From assembly GCA_964474885.1 (NCBI GenBank), contig CAYYWO010000003.1:57337-121336 (forward strand): 64,000 bases of DNA, given 5' to 3'. The position numbers and the translations under genes are program-made. The notes beneath the pieces are model-generated. The model was not told the DNA's origin and did no database searches. It saw only the letters and a program-made list of their open reading frames with translations. The stretch comes from Candidatus Hadarchaeota archaeon. Its GTDB lineage: Archaea; Hadarchaeota; Hadarchaeia; Hadarchaeales; JAWBSP01. Within the stretch, counting starts at the first letter, position 1; every line of letters begins with the position of its first letter. Of this stretch, positions 1 to 8,818 are shown in pieces.

Positions 1-1
1 C

Positions 2-442
2 TTCGTGGACAACAAAAGATGCGAGGAAAACTTCAAGATAAGGGGAACACCGAGGTACGTTTACCTGATCCAGAAGCTTCCAGCAGGGGTGCACTACTTG
101 CACCTCGAGAACGAGAACAAGCAGTGGAGAGTTAAAGTGACCAGCGCTGGGGCAGTCGGGACCGTACCCATTGAAATAGAGTCCTTCAAAGTCGAACCAG
201 TCGATGTCAAGCTCTGGGAAACTTTCTTTGTTAAGGTAAGAGTCAGAAACAAATCGACTGACACGGGTTGGGCAACTGTCCGCCTGTGGGTGGACAATGA
301 GCCCATCGAGCGCAGGGTTTTGATTGGCGGGGGCAGACTGAAGGACATTTGCTTCCGACTACAGGCTGATAAGCCCATACTGAAGATTCGAGTTGAGAAC
401 TGTCCCCAGCCCGAGGAAAACCTAAGACCCTCACTGTGGTGA
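2..442 (+). CDS. Partial CDS (3' end). C-terminal fragment of a CARDB-like repeat surface protein; the gene starts upstream of the window.
   Basis: The open frame continues to base 2 with no upstream stop in the window. The motif 'VRVRNKSTDTGWATV' resembles the CARDB beta-sandwich repeats of the neighbouring 443..2347 protein. Confidence 0.35.
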   Translation, partial: FVDNKRCEENFKIRGTPRYVYLIQKLPAGVHYLHLENENKQWRVKVTSAGAVGTVPIEIESFKVEPVDVKLWETFFVKVRVRNKSTDTGWATVRLWVDNEPIERRVLIGGGRLKDICFRLQADKPILKIRVENCPQPEENLRPSLW

Positions 443-2347
443 TTACAGCTGGGAGAGGTTGGTGAGACTGTAATCTAGTAGCTCCATGTTGGTTTCGCTT
501 ATGATGGTGAACTGCTGCCCCATGTAAGTCACCTTTGACGTAGTTCGCTCCTCTGACTTGAGGAGTATGCCCACGCGGTTCAGTCGCCTTGTTATCACGG
601 TATCCGATACCACGTCACAAACTTCTCCTCTAAATGTGGCCTGCCCTTCTAGGTGGATTGTTACTACGACGACAAAGGCCTCAACGGGCTGGCCCTTCAC
701 CACGACGGTCTCGGTTCCCACCACTTCGTACTGGCAAGTGCACTGCCCGCTTAGGGTGATGTCTATCGGGTAGTAGTTGTGTACCGTCATGGTTGAGGTG
801 GAAGAGGAAGTGGCACCAACTTCCAGGGGGAAGGAAGCGATCTGGAGCGGGGGATCGTACTCTACCTCGGTGGTTTTGGAGCCTTGGTAGTAGTTGATCA
901 GGGCGAAAAGATAAGCAGCGGTGTCTGTGTCGGGTGAGTAGAAGATTTGATAGCTCTCCTCTCCACCTTCTATTTCAGACACAACTTTCCTGCACTTCTT
1001 TCCTCCTATTTCCACCATGCCCTTGTAACTAACCGTGACGGTTGCCGTCCCAGACTCCGGGAAGTTGTACTCCTGTCCTAGCTCTGGGATTCGGTTGGTG
1101 GATGAGAAACGGTATTTCAGCCAGTCAACATCCTCCAGCATGAGATCTTTGTATCCCAGCACACGGACGCTTTTCTGCTTCCCCCCGATCTCGATGTACA
1201 TGATGCCCTTTTGGGTGGCTTGAACAGTAGCGTCCACAATTTTCTCTTGGCCCGGAGCTACTTCAGCCGTTACGGTCTGGGTGCCTCCTGGGGATGCGAT
1301 CAAGTCCTCGGAGAAGGTCTGAGTAGAGGTACCGTTGTTCCGGATGGTTATTCTGACGGGTACGGAACTCCCAACGATAACAACTTCTGGGACCGAAATG
1401 TCCTTCACGAAAACCTCCGGTTTTTCCGAGACCTGCAGAATGCGACTGTAGTCACCAGCTTTAATGGTGTGGGAGCCTGTTGTTAGCTCGCCGAGGTTGA
1501 ATACGAAGATCTTCTCCTCCCCGGGTGCTATACTCTCGGCCCTCGGATAAGTAATTCTCTCACCGTCTACGAGGATTTCGGGCTTGTACTGACCGGTATC
1601 GTTACCGACGTTTTTCACGACCACCGTGGCCTGAGCTTCACCTACATAGGCGAAGGAGGGCACCATGAGATCCTCGATGCTGAACTCCGGTCTCGACTCC
1701 TCTACAGTTATCTTGACTGGGGACCCAACGTAGTTTTCGATCGTCACATCGAACTTGCCCGCTTCTGTTGGTGTGAACCTGAATGATATCATCCTCGTGG
1801 CTTTCGGGCCGATCGTCACGGGGTATCTCTGATGGATGTCTTGGGCTCCGATGTGTAGAACACCCGAGTATGAACCCTCCATCTCCCCTTCATTGACCAC
1901 CTCTATGCACGCCACTACTTCCTTTCCCACAATCGCCCTAGAGGGGATATCGATCTTGGTCACCTTGAATGATGGGGGTGTGGGTTCGTGTACGCTGAAG
2001 CTGATAGGCGCAACCTCAGGAGCTACAACCTCGAAGGATCCGGCTTGCATTGGGATGTATTCAAAATCCACAAGCAAGACTTGTCCAGCATTCTCAACTT
2101 CTACTGACTTTGTCAGTTCCTCTCCCCCTATACTGATACTCACGTCAATCCAACCTGTTTTAAGGGCTTTGACTTTGGCGGTCACGTAAACCTTAGATCC
2201 CACAGGTGTGTCCTCCGGGTACACTTTTAGCTCCATGACCTCATAACTTGCTTTCTCAGTTACAGGTTGCTCGGGTTTCAGGAAAAGGAAGTACGCTGCC
2301 ACGCCCAGGATCAGGACGACAACAATTGCAGGCACTGCCTTATTCAT
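443..2347 (-). CDS. Secreted or membrane-anchored protein with multiple CARDB-like repeats (adhesin or S-layer-associated-like).
   Basis: The start is at M41 of the track ORF ('MNKAVPAIVVVLILGVAAYFLF', an N-terminal TM or signal). Repeats such as 'VVNEGEMEG', 'VKNVGNDTG' and 'IRNNGTSTQTF' are typical of CARDB domains. Confidence 0.5.
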   Translation of the reverse strand: MNKAVPAIVVVLILGVAAYFLFLKPEQPVTEKASYEVMELKVYPEDTPVGSKVYVTAKVKALKTGWIDVSISIGGEELTKSVEVENAGQVLLVDFEYIPMQAGSFEVVAPEVAPISFSVHEPTPPSFKVTKIDIPSRAIVGKEVVACIEVVNEGEMEGSYSGVLHIGAQDIHQRYPVTIGPKATRMISFRFTPTEAGKFDVTIENYVGSPVKITVEESRPEFSIEDLMVPSFAYVGEAQATVVVKNVGNDTGQYKPEILVDGERITYPRAESIAPGEEKIFVFNLGELTTGSHTIKAGDYSRILQVSEKPEVFVKDISVPEVVIVGSSVPVRITIRNNGTSTQTFSEDLIASPGGTQTVTAEVAPGQEKIVDATVQATQKGIMYIEIGGKQKSVRVLGYKDLMLEDVDWLKYRFSSTNRIPELGQEYNFPESGTATVTVSYKGMVEIGGKKCRKVVSEIEGGEESYQIFYSPDTDTAAYLFALINYYQGSKTTEVEYDPPLQIASFPLEVGATSSSTSTMTVHNYYPIDITLSGQCTCQYEVVGTETVVVKGQPVEAFVVVVTIHLEGQATFRGEVCDVVSDTVITRRLNRVGILLKSEERTTSKVTYMGQQFTIISETNMELLDYSLTNLSQL

Positions 2348-2394
2348 TTGTCTTTTCCCCCAAATACCTTTTAAGCTTTTTAAGGGAAAACAGA

Positions 2395-4854
2395 ATGTCA
2401 AAACGGATCCGTACTCAGAGGGCCTCCTTCCTCCTTGTAGTCTTTGCAGTCCTGGTTTACATAGCACTCTGTGCTATTTTCAATCCAGGGGTCCCAGCCA
2501 CTTCATATCTTCTCCCCGCTTGTGTCTTGGTTCTGGCCACAATTATGTACCTCAATGTGAACAGAGTTTCCGAGTTTGTCAGAGAGCACCCCAAAGAGGT
2601 GGTCATCGCCATCTTAATCGTGACCGCGTGTTTAGCGACGGGTCTTCCCAAACTAACCTTCAATGTCGAGCTCAGGTCATATTTGCCACCCAGCTATGAA
2701 TCGGCTAGGACGACACTGGAGGTGGAAAACATGCTGGGAGGTGTGAGCAGTGAGGTGATCCTGCTTTACTCGGACAATCTCTTAGATCCAGCGTGCGTTG
2801 CGGCCGCCCATAACCTACGTGTCGCTCTGGAGAATGAGCTTGATGGTTATCTCGTTGCAAGACTGTTCTGGTACCTTGAGCCCATCGAGCGGGAACTTGG
2901 GGAGAACTTTCCGACAGGCCCTGAGCTGGAGAACAGACTCCGGCAGTTGCTTTCAGATCCAACCATTTTGGGGGAAGTGGAGCCCCACATAAGGCGAGTT
3001 GAACCCGAGCTCGCTGAAAACTTTCGGATAGTCAGGGGAAAGGAGGGCAAGCAAGTAGCCAGGCTCGTGTACAGGGTGGCCAAAATGCCTAGCTGGGAGG
3101 AAATCTCTTACGCTAAGAAGCTGGAGCGGATCGTGAAATCCTGTGTGGAAGACTCCGGCTATGTATTCGAGGCGACGGTGGGTGGTGACCACTCGACATC
3201 TAAAGACTTGATGAGGACGATCGAGGAGGAGCGGATTTATCTCTTCGGTACAGCAGGAATCCTGGTCTCACTATGTCTCTTCCTCACCTTCAGAAAACCT
3301 AGGGACATTCTCCTCGCACTGTTCACCATCGGTCTAGCCATCGCCTGGGTGGTTTGTCTGATGGGGTGGCTGGGGATAGAGTTCTCACCCGTGGTTGTGG
3401 GGGTCTTCCCACTCCTCATAGGCTTGGGGATAGATTATTCGGTCTACATGAACTACAGGTACTCTGAGGAAAGGTTGAAAGGGAGAGGCCCGGGTCTTGC
3501 CGCTGGCTTGGCAATAGCCACGGTGGGGACGGCCATTTATCTATCATGTATGACTACCATGTTTGGTTATGGATCTTGGTTGACTTCCCCTATGGAGCCC
3601 TTGTTTGACTTCGGCGCACTGAGCATGGCAGGCATAGGATTCGCTTACATGCTTTCCGTAACGTTCTTGCCCTCCTGCAGGATCCTCTTAGACCGGGGTG
3701 TTCGGAAGGGAGAACTGGTAGACAGGTTCTCCGCTAGGGCACTTGAGACGGGCCTCTCCAAACTGGCAGTGGTCGTCGAACGTCATGCCAAATGGTTCTT
3801 GGTTGGAGCGGTGATCGTTACTCTACTGGCGGCCTACAGTGCGATGCATACCAGAACGGCTCTCGAATGGGAGAAGATGACCCCTCAGGGTATGGAGAGC
3901 CTTGAAACCTCGGACTTGTATCTCAAGCTGTGGCCGGAATACAATCCCATGGGTGCCATTCTTGTTATGGTCAAGGGAGACATAGCTTCTCCGGAAACTC
4001 TACGATGCATGGATCAGATACAGACTTATGCTCCTCAAAGGTGCAGGTATGTAACGGATGCGTGGAGCATCGTGGACTTTGTCAAACAGAAGAACGGTGG
4101 GATACTCCCGAGCACTAGAGAAAGGGTAGTTGAGATATTGTCGGAGCTAAGTGAACCGACCTACGCTTCCCTGATATCTCCCACCTACGACCGGACGATC
4201 ATGTTTATTACGACATACACGACTACCGATCAGGAAGTACTTGCTGCCACAGAAAACGTGAGGTACTTGGTGGAGAAGTACGGGCAAGTAGAGAACACGA
4301 AGTTCCTAGTCGGAGGACTGCCAGCCATCGGTGCAGATCTCTTGTCAGAATTGGTCCCCTCACAGCTGAGGACGACTCTTATAGCCCTAATCGGGTGCTT
4401 CCTCATCTTGTGGGCGGTGTTCCGGAACCCAAAGGAGGCCGGGATTTGTATGGTACCCGTCGTGCTCACGGTGGTCTGGGGACTGGGTATGTTCTGGCCT
4501 CTGGATATTCCCATAAATATCGTCACGGTTCTGGTTTCTGCAATCCTGATTGGTATTGGTATAGATTACGCGATCCATGTGCGCCACAGGTACGTGGAAG
4601 AGCTGAGCAAGGGGAGGAGTATAAAGCACGCCATCAGGGAGACCATGGTCAGGATAGGGGGAGCAGTCTTCGGTGCCGCGACGACCTCTCTGTCCGCTAT
4701 GGGCACCCTGATGGCCTCTAGGATGCCCGCGATTGCTGTTTTCGGGAAAATGATCGCCTTGGAGTTTGTAGCTTGTCTATGCGCGGTTTTCTTCGTGCTT
4801 CCGGCTTTGTTGGTCTGGCTGACCAAGAGAGGGAGCATACGTGTAACCACTTGA
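2395..4854 (+). CDS. MMPL/RND-superfamily membrane transporter.
   Basis: The start is trimmed to M50 ('MSKRIRTQRASFLLVVFAVLVYIAL'). There are two hydrophobic TM bundles separated by large soluble loops, and a 'GIDYSVYMNYRY' motif typical of the MMPL/SSD family. Confidence 0.6.
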   Translation: MSKRIRTQRASFLLVVFAVLVYIALCAIFNPGVPATSYLLPACVLVLATIMYLNVNRVSEFVREHPKEVVIAILIVTACLATGLPKLTFNVELRSYLPPSYESARTTLEVENMLGGVSSEVILLYSDNLLDPACVAAAHNLRVALENELDGYLVARLFWYLEPIERELGENFPTGPELENRLRQLLSDPTILGEVEPHIRRVEPELAENFRIVRGKEGKQVARLVYRVAKMPSWEEISYAKKLERIVKSCVEDSGYVFEATVGGDHSTSKDLMRTIEEERIYLFGTAGILVSLCLFLTFRKPRDILLALFTIGLAIAWVVCLMGWLGIEFSPVVVGVFPLLIGLGIDYSVYMNYRYSEERLKGRGPGLAAGLAIATVGTAIYLSCMTTMFGYGSWLTSPMEPLFDFGALSMAGIGFAYMLSVTFLPSCRILLDRGVRKGELVDRFSARALETGLSKLAVVVERHAKWFLVGAVIVTLLAAYSAMHTRTALEWEKMTPQGMESLETSDLYLKLWPEYNPMGAILVMVKGDIASPETLRCMDQIQTYAPQRCRYVTDAWSIVDFVKQKNGGILPSTRERVVEILSELSEPTYASLISPTYDRTIMFITTYTTTDQEVLAATENVRYLVEKYGQVENTKFLVGGLPAIGADLLSELVPSQLRTTLIALIGCFLILWAVFRNPKEAGICMVPVVLTVVWGLGMFWPLDIPINIVTVLVSAILIGIGIDYAIHVRHRYVEELSKGRSIKHAIRETMVRIGGAVFGAATTSLSAMGTLMASRMPAIAVFGKMIALEFVACLCAVFFVLPALLVWLTKRGSIRVTT

Positions 4855-5279
4855 AACACATTTACACACTCGGTTATGGGGGGAGGAAATGGGAGGAGTT
4901 CCTATCGCTGGTTCGCGAGCATGGAGTGAAGATGGTGATCGATGTTCGCGCCTTTCCTAAGTCGAAATACCCCGAATACTCCGCCCAGTCGATGGAAGAG
5001 AACCTGAGGAGAGCGGGCATCGGCTACGCTAGGATCCCTGAGCTTGGGGGCTATAGGAGAGGGGGTTACCAAGCCTACACTAGGACGGAGGAGTTCAAAA
5101 AGGGGGTGAAGATGCTGGAGGAGCTGGCAGGAAAGCAAACCTCGGTTGTGGTCTGTCTGGAGAGGGACCCCAAGGGTTGCCATCGCAGATTTATCGCAGA
5201 TGAGCTCGCGCGCAGGGGATGGAAGATCCTGCACATCCTGAAGAAGGGGGAAGTAATTGAGCATGCCGCTCTCCGCTGA
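4851..5279 (+). CDS. DUF488 family protein.
   Basis: 'IYTLGYGGRKWEEFLSLVREHGVKMVIDVRAFPKS' matches the DUF488 N-terminal signature. No ATG follows the MMPL stop; the start is probably TTG 4851 overlapping the MMPL stop. The track ORF is 4773..5279. Confidence 0.45.
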   Translation: MKHIYTLGYGGRKWEEFLSLVREHGVKMVIDVRAFPKSKYPEYSAQSMEENLRRAGIGYARIPELGGYRRGGYQAYTRTEEFKKGVKMLEELAGKQTSVVVCLERDPKGCHRRFIADELARRGWKILHILKKGEVIEHAALR

Positions 5280-6387
5280 AGAAATGCGTAGGCTGGATGA
5301 GGCAGCTGAGCGGGTAGGGATACCGCGAGTGTTACTGATGGAGAACGCAGGGGCCGCGGTGGCGAGGAGGGTGATCCAGCGGTTCGGGGCGAGGAAAGTT
5401 CTAGTCCTGGCGGGAACGGGAAACAATGGGGGAGATGGCATGGTGGCGGCGCGGCACCTGTCAAATCTCGGGTGTGAAGTCAGCGTTGTCTTGGTGGGCG
5501 AGCCTTCCGCCATAAGGACGCAAGAGGCTAGGTTGAACTGGGAGATCCTGTCGAGGCTTGAGAGAGTGAGGACCTCCGTCTTCAAGAACTTGGATGAAAT
5601 CACTCGTGCAATAGATCAGTCCGAGCTGATCTTGGATGCCATGCTGGGGACGGGTGTTAGAGGGGAGCTCAGAGAGCCATTCCTGTCGATCGTGAGGAAG
5701 GTGAACTCGTCCGGAAAACCAGTGGTAGCTGTGGACAGCCCAACTGGCTTGGATCCCACGTCGGGCCAGGTCTGCGGTGAGGCCATCAGGGCAACGATGA
5801 CCATCACCTTCCATTCGCCGAAGTCAGGACTGCCGCTGGTTAAGGATTACACGGGGGAGCTCTTGGTAGAGGACATCGGGATCCCTCATGAGCTCGAAAG
5901 AAGGGAAATAGGGAGGGAAGTTGAGCATACCAAGCCTGAGGCACCCGTTCTCGTATCGGCCTGCCTTCTAGGGGTGAACTGCAGGTACGACGGGGGGAAC
6001 TGTTACGAGGAGAAAGTTCTGAGGCATGTGCGGGGCAGACTTGTCATCCCAGTTTGCCCGGAGCAGCTTGGTGGGCTCCCCACTCCTAGGAGGCCTAACA
6101 GGCTCTTGGGCCCCGGATCAGAGGTCCTAGCGGGGAGGGCCAGAGTTGTGAACGACTTGGGGAAGGATGTCACGGAGAACTTCGTTCGGGGGGCTCAGGA
6201 GGTCCTCTCTATAGCCAAGCTCTTCAATGTCAGGGAGGCGATCCTGAAGTCGGGAAGCCCCTCCTGTGGGGTCGGGAGGGTGAAGCTCCCCGATGGAAGC
6301 TGGCTACGGGGAGATGGTGTGGCGGCTGCATGCTTGAAAAAGGAGGGCTTGAGGCTCATCACCGAGCATGAGATTTCTGGCTTCTGA
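5257..6387 (+). CDS. Fusion protein: N-terminal YjeF-N domain (NAD(P)H-hydrate epimerase) plus C-terminal DUF523.
   Basis: The N-terminal half has 'LVLAGTGNNGGDGMVAARHL', a YjeF-N Rossmann signature. The C-terminal ~150 aa has 'PVLVSACLLGVNCRYDGGN...SPSCG', typical of DUF523/COG1683. The two halves form a single continuous frame. Confidence 0.55.
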   Translation: MSMPLSAEEMRRLDEAAERVGIPRVLLMENAGAAVARRVIQRFGARKVLVLAGTGNNGGDGMVAARHLSNLGCEVSVVLVGEPSAIRTQEARLNWEILSRLERVRTSVFKNLDEITRAIDQSELILDAMLGTGVRGELREPFLSIVRKVNSSGKPVVAVDSPTGLDPTSGQVCGEAIRATMTITFHSPKSGLPLVKDYTGELLVEDIGIPHELERREIGREVEHTKPEAPVLVSACLLGVNCRYDGGNCYEEKVLRHVRGRLVIPVCPEQLGGLPTPRRPNRLLGPGSEVLAGRARVVNDLGKDVTENFVRGAQEVLSIAKLFNVREAILKSGSPSCGVGRVKLPDGSWLRGDGVAAACLKKEGLRLITEHEISGF

Positions 6388-6907
6388 GCTGAAGCAGATC
6401 CTCTGCTCTATTTTGATTCTAGCCATTGCGGTCTCGGGCCTCAGCCTGCACCGCTTGACAGTCTTTTCCCTTCCTCTTGTGTTGGGCTTCTTCCTGCACG
6501 AGATGTCCCACAAGTGGATGGCCCGCAGGTACGGTTTCTTCTCGGTTTACTCATGGTGGCCTCCCGGCTTGCTATTTGCTTTGTTCTTGGGTCTGGCCTC
6601 TGGGGGAGAGGTGATTTTCGCAGCGCCCGGAGCAGTGGTCATCCTGAGCAGCTTCTTTTCCAAGGATCAAGCGGGGAAGATAGCCCTTGCAGGCCCCTTC
6701 ATGAACGTGTTGCTAGCAGCCATCTTTTACCCCCTTGGCTCCCTGCTGGGGGAGCTGGCTCTCCAGGGTTTCTACATAAACCTGTGGCTGGCCGTCTTCA
6801 ACCTCCTCCCCTTCCCCCCTCTGGACGGCTACAAGGTCTTTCACTGGAGCCCCTTGCTGTGGGCACTCGTCGAAATACCCCTCCTTTCACTACTCTTCCT
6901 CAGCTAG
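6368..6907 (+). CDS. Small M50-family (site-2 protease-like) membrane metalloprotease.
   Basis: The HExxH motif 'FLHEMSHKW' sits in a TM helix. A downstream 'NLLPFPPLDG' motif and a polytopic hydrophobic profile are also present. Confidence 0.5.
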   Translation: MRFLASELKQILCSILILAIAVSGLSLHRLTVFSLPLVLGFFLHEMSHKWMARRYGFFSVYSWWPPGLLFALFLGLASGGEVIFAAPGAVVILSSFFSKDQAGKIALAGPFMNVLLAAIFYPLGSLLGELALQGFYINLWLAVFNLLPFPPLDGYKVFHWSPLLWALVEIPLLSLLFLS

Positions 6908-8530
6908 CTTCCTGATTTGATCCAGAGTGTCGGCTTCTTCCGGTTTTTTATCCTCTCTTATGCTCTTTATCCTCGCGAAGCGGAGGGCCATCCCGCAGGG
7001 GTATTTGGGGCTCCTCTGGACCTGATTGAAGGATACCTCCACCACCACCTCAGGCCGAACCCAGACGGTCCTCCCCTGACTGGAGATCTCCAGTTGCTTC
7101 AGCCTCCGGGTCATGTGCTCCAGCTCCTGGTCGGTTAGCCCTTTGAACGTCTTCCCCACCACCTCGAACTTCCCGGTTTTCGGATCCAGGGCTGCCAGGT
7201 AGTAATCAGAGAGGAACTTGGCCCTCCTTCCATGTCCCCATTCAGCTCCCACCACCACGAGATCCAGCGTGAGGGTCTTCTTGACCTTTAGCCAGCACTT
7301 TTCCCTCCTCCCCGGCACGTAGGGGCTGGAGGGATGTTTGGCCATGACCCCCTCGTGACCAGCATCTAAGGCCTGCTTTAAGAAGTCCTCCGCATCTCCG
7401 AGATCCAGGCACAGACGGTTAACGATTACATGATCCCCTGCGACCTCCTCCAGTTTGGATCTCCTCTCGGAGTAAGGGAGCTCGAGCAGAGACTTTCCCT
7501 CTAAAAACAAGATATCGAAGAACCAGAGCCGGAGGGGTACCTCCTCCCTCAGCTTCCTGATCTCCCTCTCCCTCCTGAACCTGCGGAGCAGGAACTGAAA
7601 GGGCAATGGTTTTCCTTCCCTCAGCGCCACGACCTCTCCCTCCAGGATTCCCTCCTTAAGCTCCAGCTCCCTGCACTGCTCCACAACCTCCGGCATGCTT
7701 TGGGTGACATCCTTCGGCCCCCTGCTGAAGATCCTCACCTGGTCGAGTTTTTTATGGACTTGGACCCTGGCCCCGTCCAGCTTGAACTCTAGGTAGGTCC
7801 GTCCCTGGTGCTCATGCAAGACTTCTTTCAAGTCTTGGGCCTGGTGTGCCAGCATGGGCTGTATGGGTCTGAAGACCTTGAGGTGGAAGCTGGACAGGTC
7901 CCTGCCGCAAGCTAGGGCCTCAGAGACCTCAGCCAGGCTCGTCAAGCTCCACGCCAGGTGCAGCTGCTTTGGATCCACCGAGTAGGCCTTCGCCAGGGCG
8001 GGCAACAGTAGACCCTCACTGAACCCCATCCTCATTTCCCCGATCAGGAGCTTCGTGAGCAGCCTGGACTCCGCGGGGGAGCATCTGAGGAACAGACCCT
8101 CGATTATCTTCCGCTTCCTGCTGACGGAGGACTCACCAGATATTTCCGTGACTTTTTGGATGGAATCCCAAACCTCCAAAATGGCGAGGGGGCGGGTATC
8201 TAGAGACCTGAAGAGAATGCCCTTCTTATCTAGTAGCCTGTAAACGGCCTCCCCAAGGTCTCCAGTTTCTTGGAAGAGGCGGAAAAGCTCCTCCTCCCTC
8301 GCACCTGTCACTTCAAGTACGATGTGCTTGAGGGTGGACCATCCCACGCCGAGCTGCGGAACCTGCCCGGCTAGCATGCAGGCGGCAGGTTTCACCTCCT
8401 TAGGCTCCAAATTCTTGAAGAATTCGGCAACGAGGTTTATCATTTCCTTTCTGCTGTGCATTTTTTCCAAGTTTAAGCAGAGCTCGGCTAGCCTGCTAAA
8501 CTCCATCAAATTTCTGGCGGGAAAAATCAA
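6890..8530 (-). CDS. lig: ATP-dependent DNA ligase.
   Basis: Adenylation motif 'EFKLDGARVQV', 'EGVMAK', 'CWLKVK', and an OB-fold C-terminus. The length is about 540 aa. The start may be M9 instead. Confidence 0.8.
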   Translation of the reverse strand: MIFPARNLMEFSRLAELCLNLEKMHSRKEMINLVAEFFKNLEPKEVKPAACMLAGQVPQLGVGWSTLKHIVLEVTGAREEELFRLFQETGDLGEAVYRLLDKKGILFRSLDTRPLAILEVWDSIQKVTEISGESSVSRKRKIIEGLFLRCSPAESRLLTKLLIGEMRMGFSEGLLLPALAKAYSVDPKQLHLAWSLTSLAEVSEALACGRDLSSFHLKVFRPIQPMLAHQAQDLKEVLHEHQGRTYLEFKLDGARVQVHKKLDQVRIFSRGPKDVTQSMPEVVEQCRELELKEGILEGEVVALREGKPLPFQFLLRRFRREREIRKLREEVPLRLWFFDILFLEGKSLLELPYSERRSKLEEVAGDHVIVNRLCLDLGDAEDFLKQALDAGHEGVMAKHPSSPYVPGRREKCWLKVKKTLTLDLVVVGAEWGHGRRAKFLSDYYLAALDPKTGKFEVVGKTFKGLTDQELEHMTRRLKQLEISSQGRTVWVRPEVVVEVSFNQVQRSPKYPCGMALRFARIKSIREDKKPEEADTLDQIRKLAEEE

Positions 8531-8629
8531 TTACCAAGAGGCTTCAATCTCGGGGACTGTAGAGCCCTTACGATTGTGCGTGCGGATTCACTCAAGCTGA
8601 AACAGAAAAAGAAAAAAGCAACTGCTTAT

Positions 8630-8729
8630 TTGTTGCAAACACTTCACGCCAAAGTGTTTATAACCGGTAAACACTTTGGGGAACTTTTATTTGTTTATCA
8701 ACTTCCTGCAAGCTGTTTATAAACACTTG
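8630..8729. promoter_or_regulatory. AT-rich intergenic region with the palindrome AAACACTT-N7-AAGTGTTT plus GTTTATAAAC/TTTGTTGCAAACAC motifs. Candidate transcription factor operator.
   Basis: Direct reading gives 'ttgttgcaaacacttcacgccaaagtgtttataacc', 'ggtaaacactttgg' and 'ctgtttataaacacttg'. The same half-sites recur at 16850-16985. Confidence 0.4.
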
Positions 8730-8818
8730 TCTGCTGTCATGGTAGCTTGTTAGAGTTGCACAGTCAATCCTCAATTAACTAGGCCTGGGAGCCTCCTTTC
8801 AAGTGGACAAATCCAGAG

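Noticed and set aside
2248-2394. Long N-terminal extensions in track ORFs (MMPL 2248, GH51 10468, S3 25457, thermosome 44263, Alba 44323, L10e 61304, AhcY 29901).
   Set aside because: The extensions are low-complexity, overlap upstream genes, and the conserved N-terminal motifs begin at internal Met codons. Starts were trimmed accordingly.
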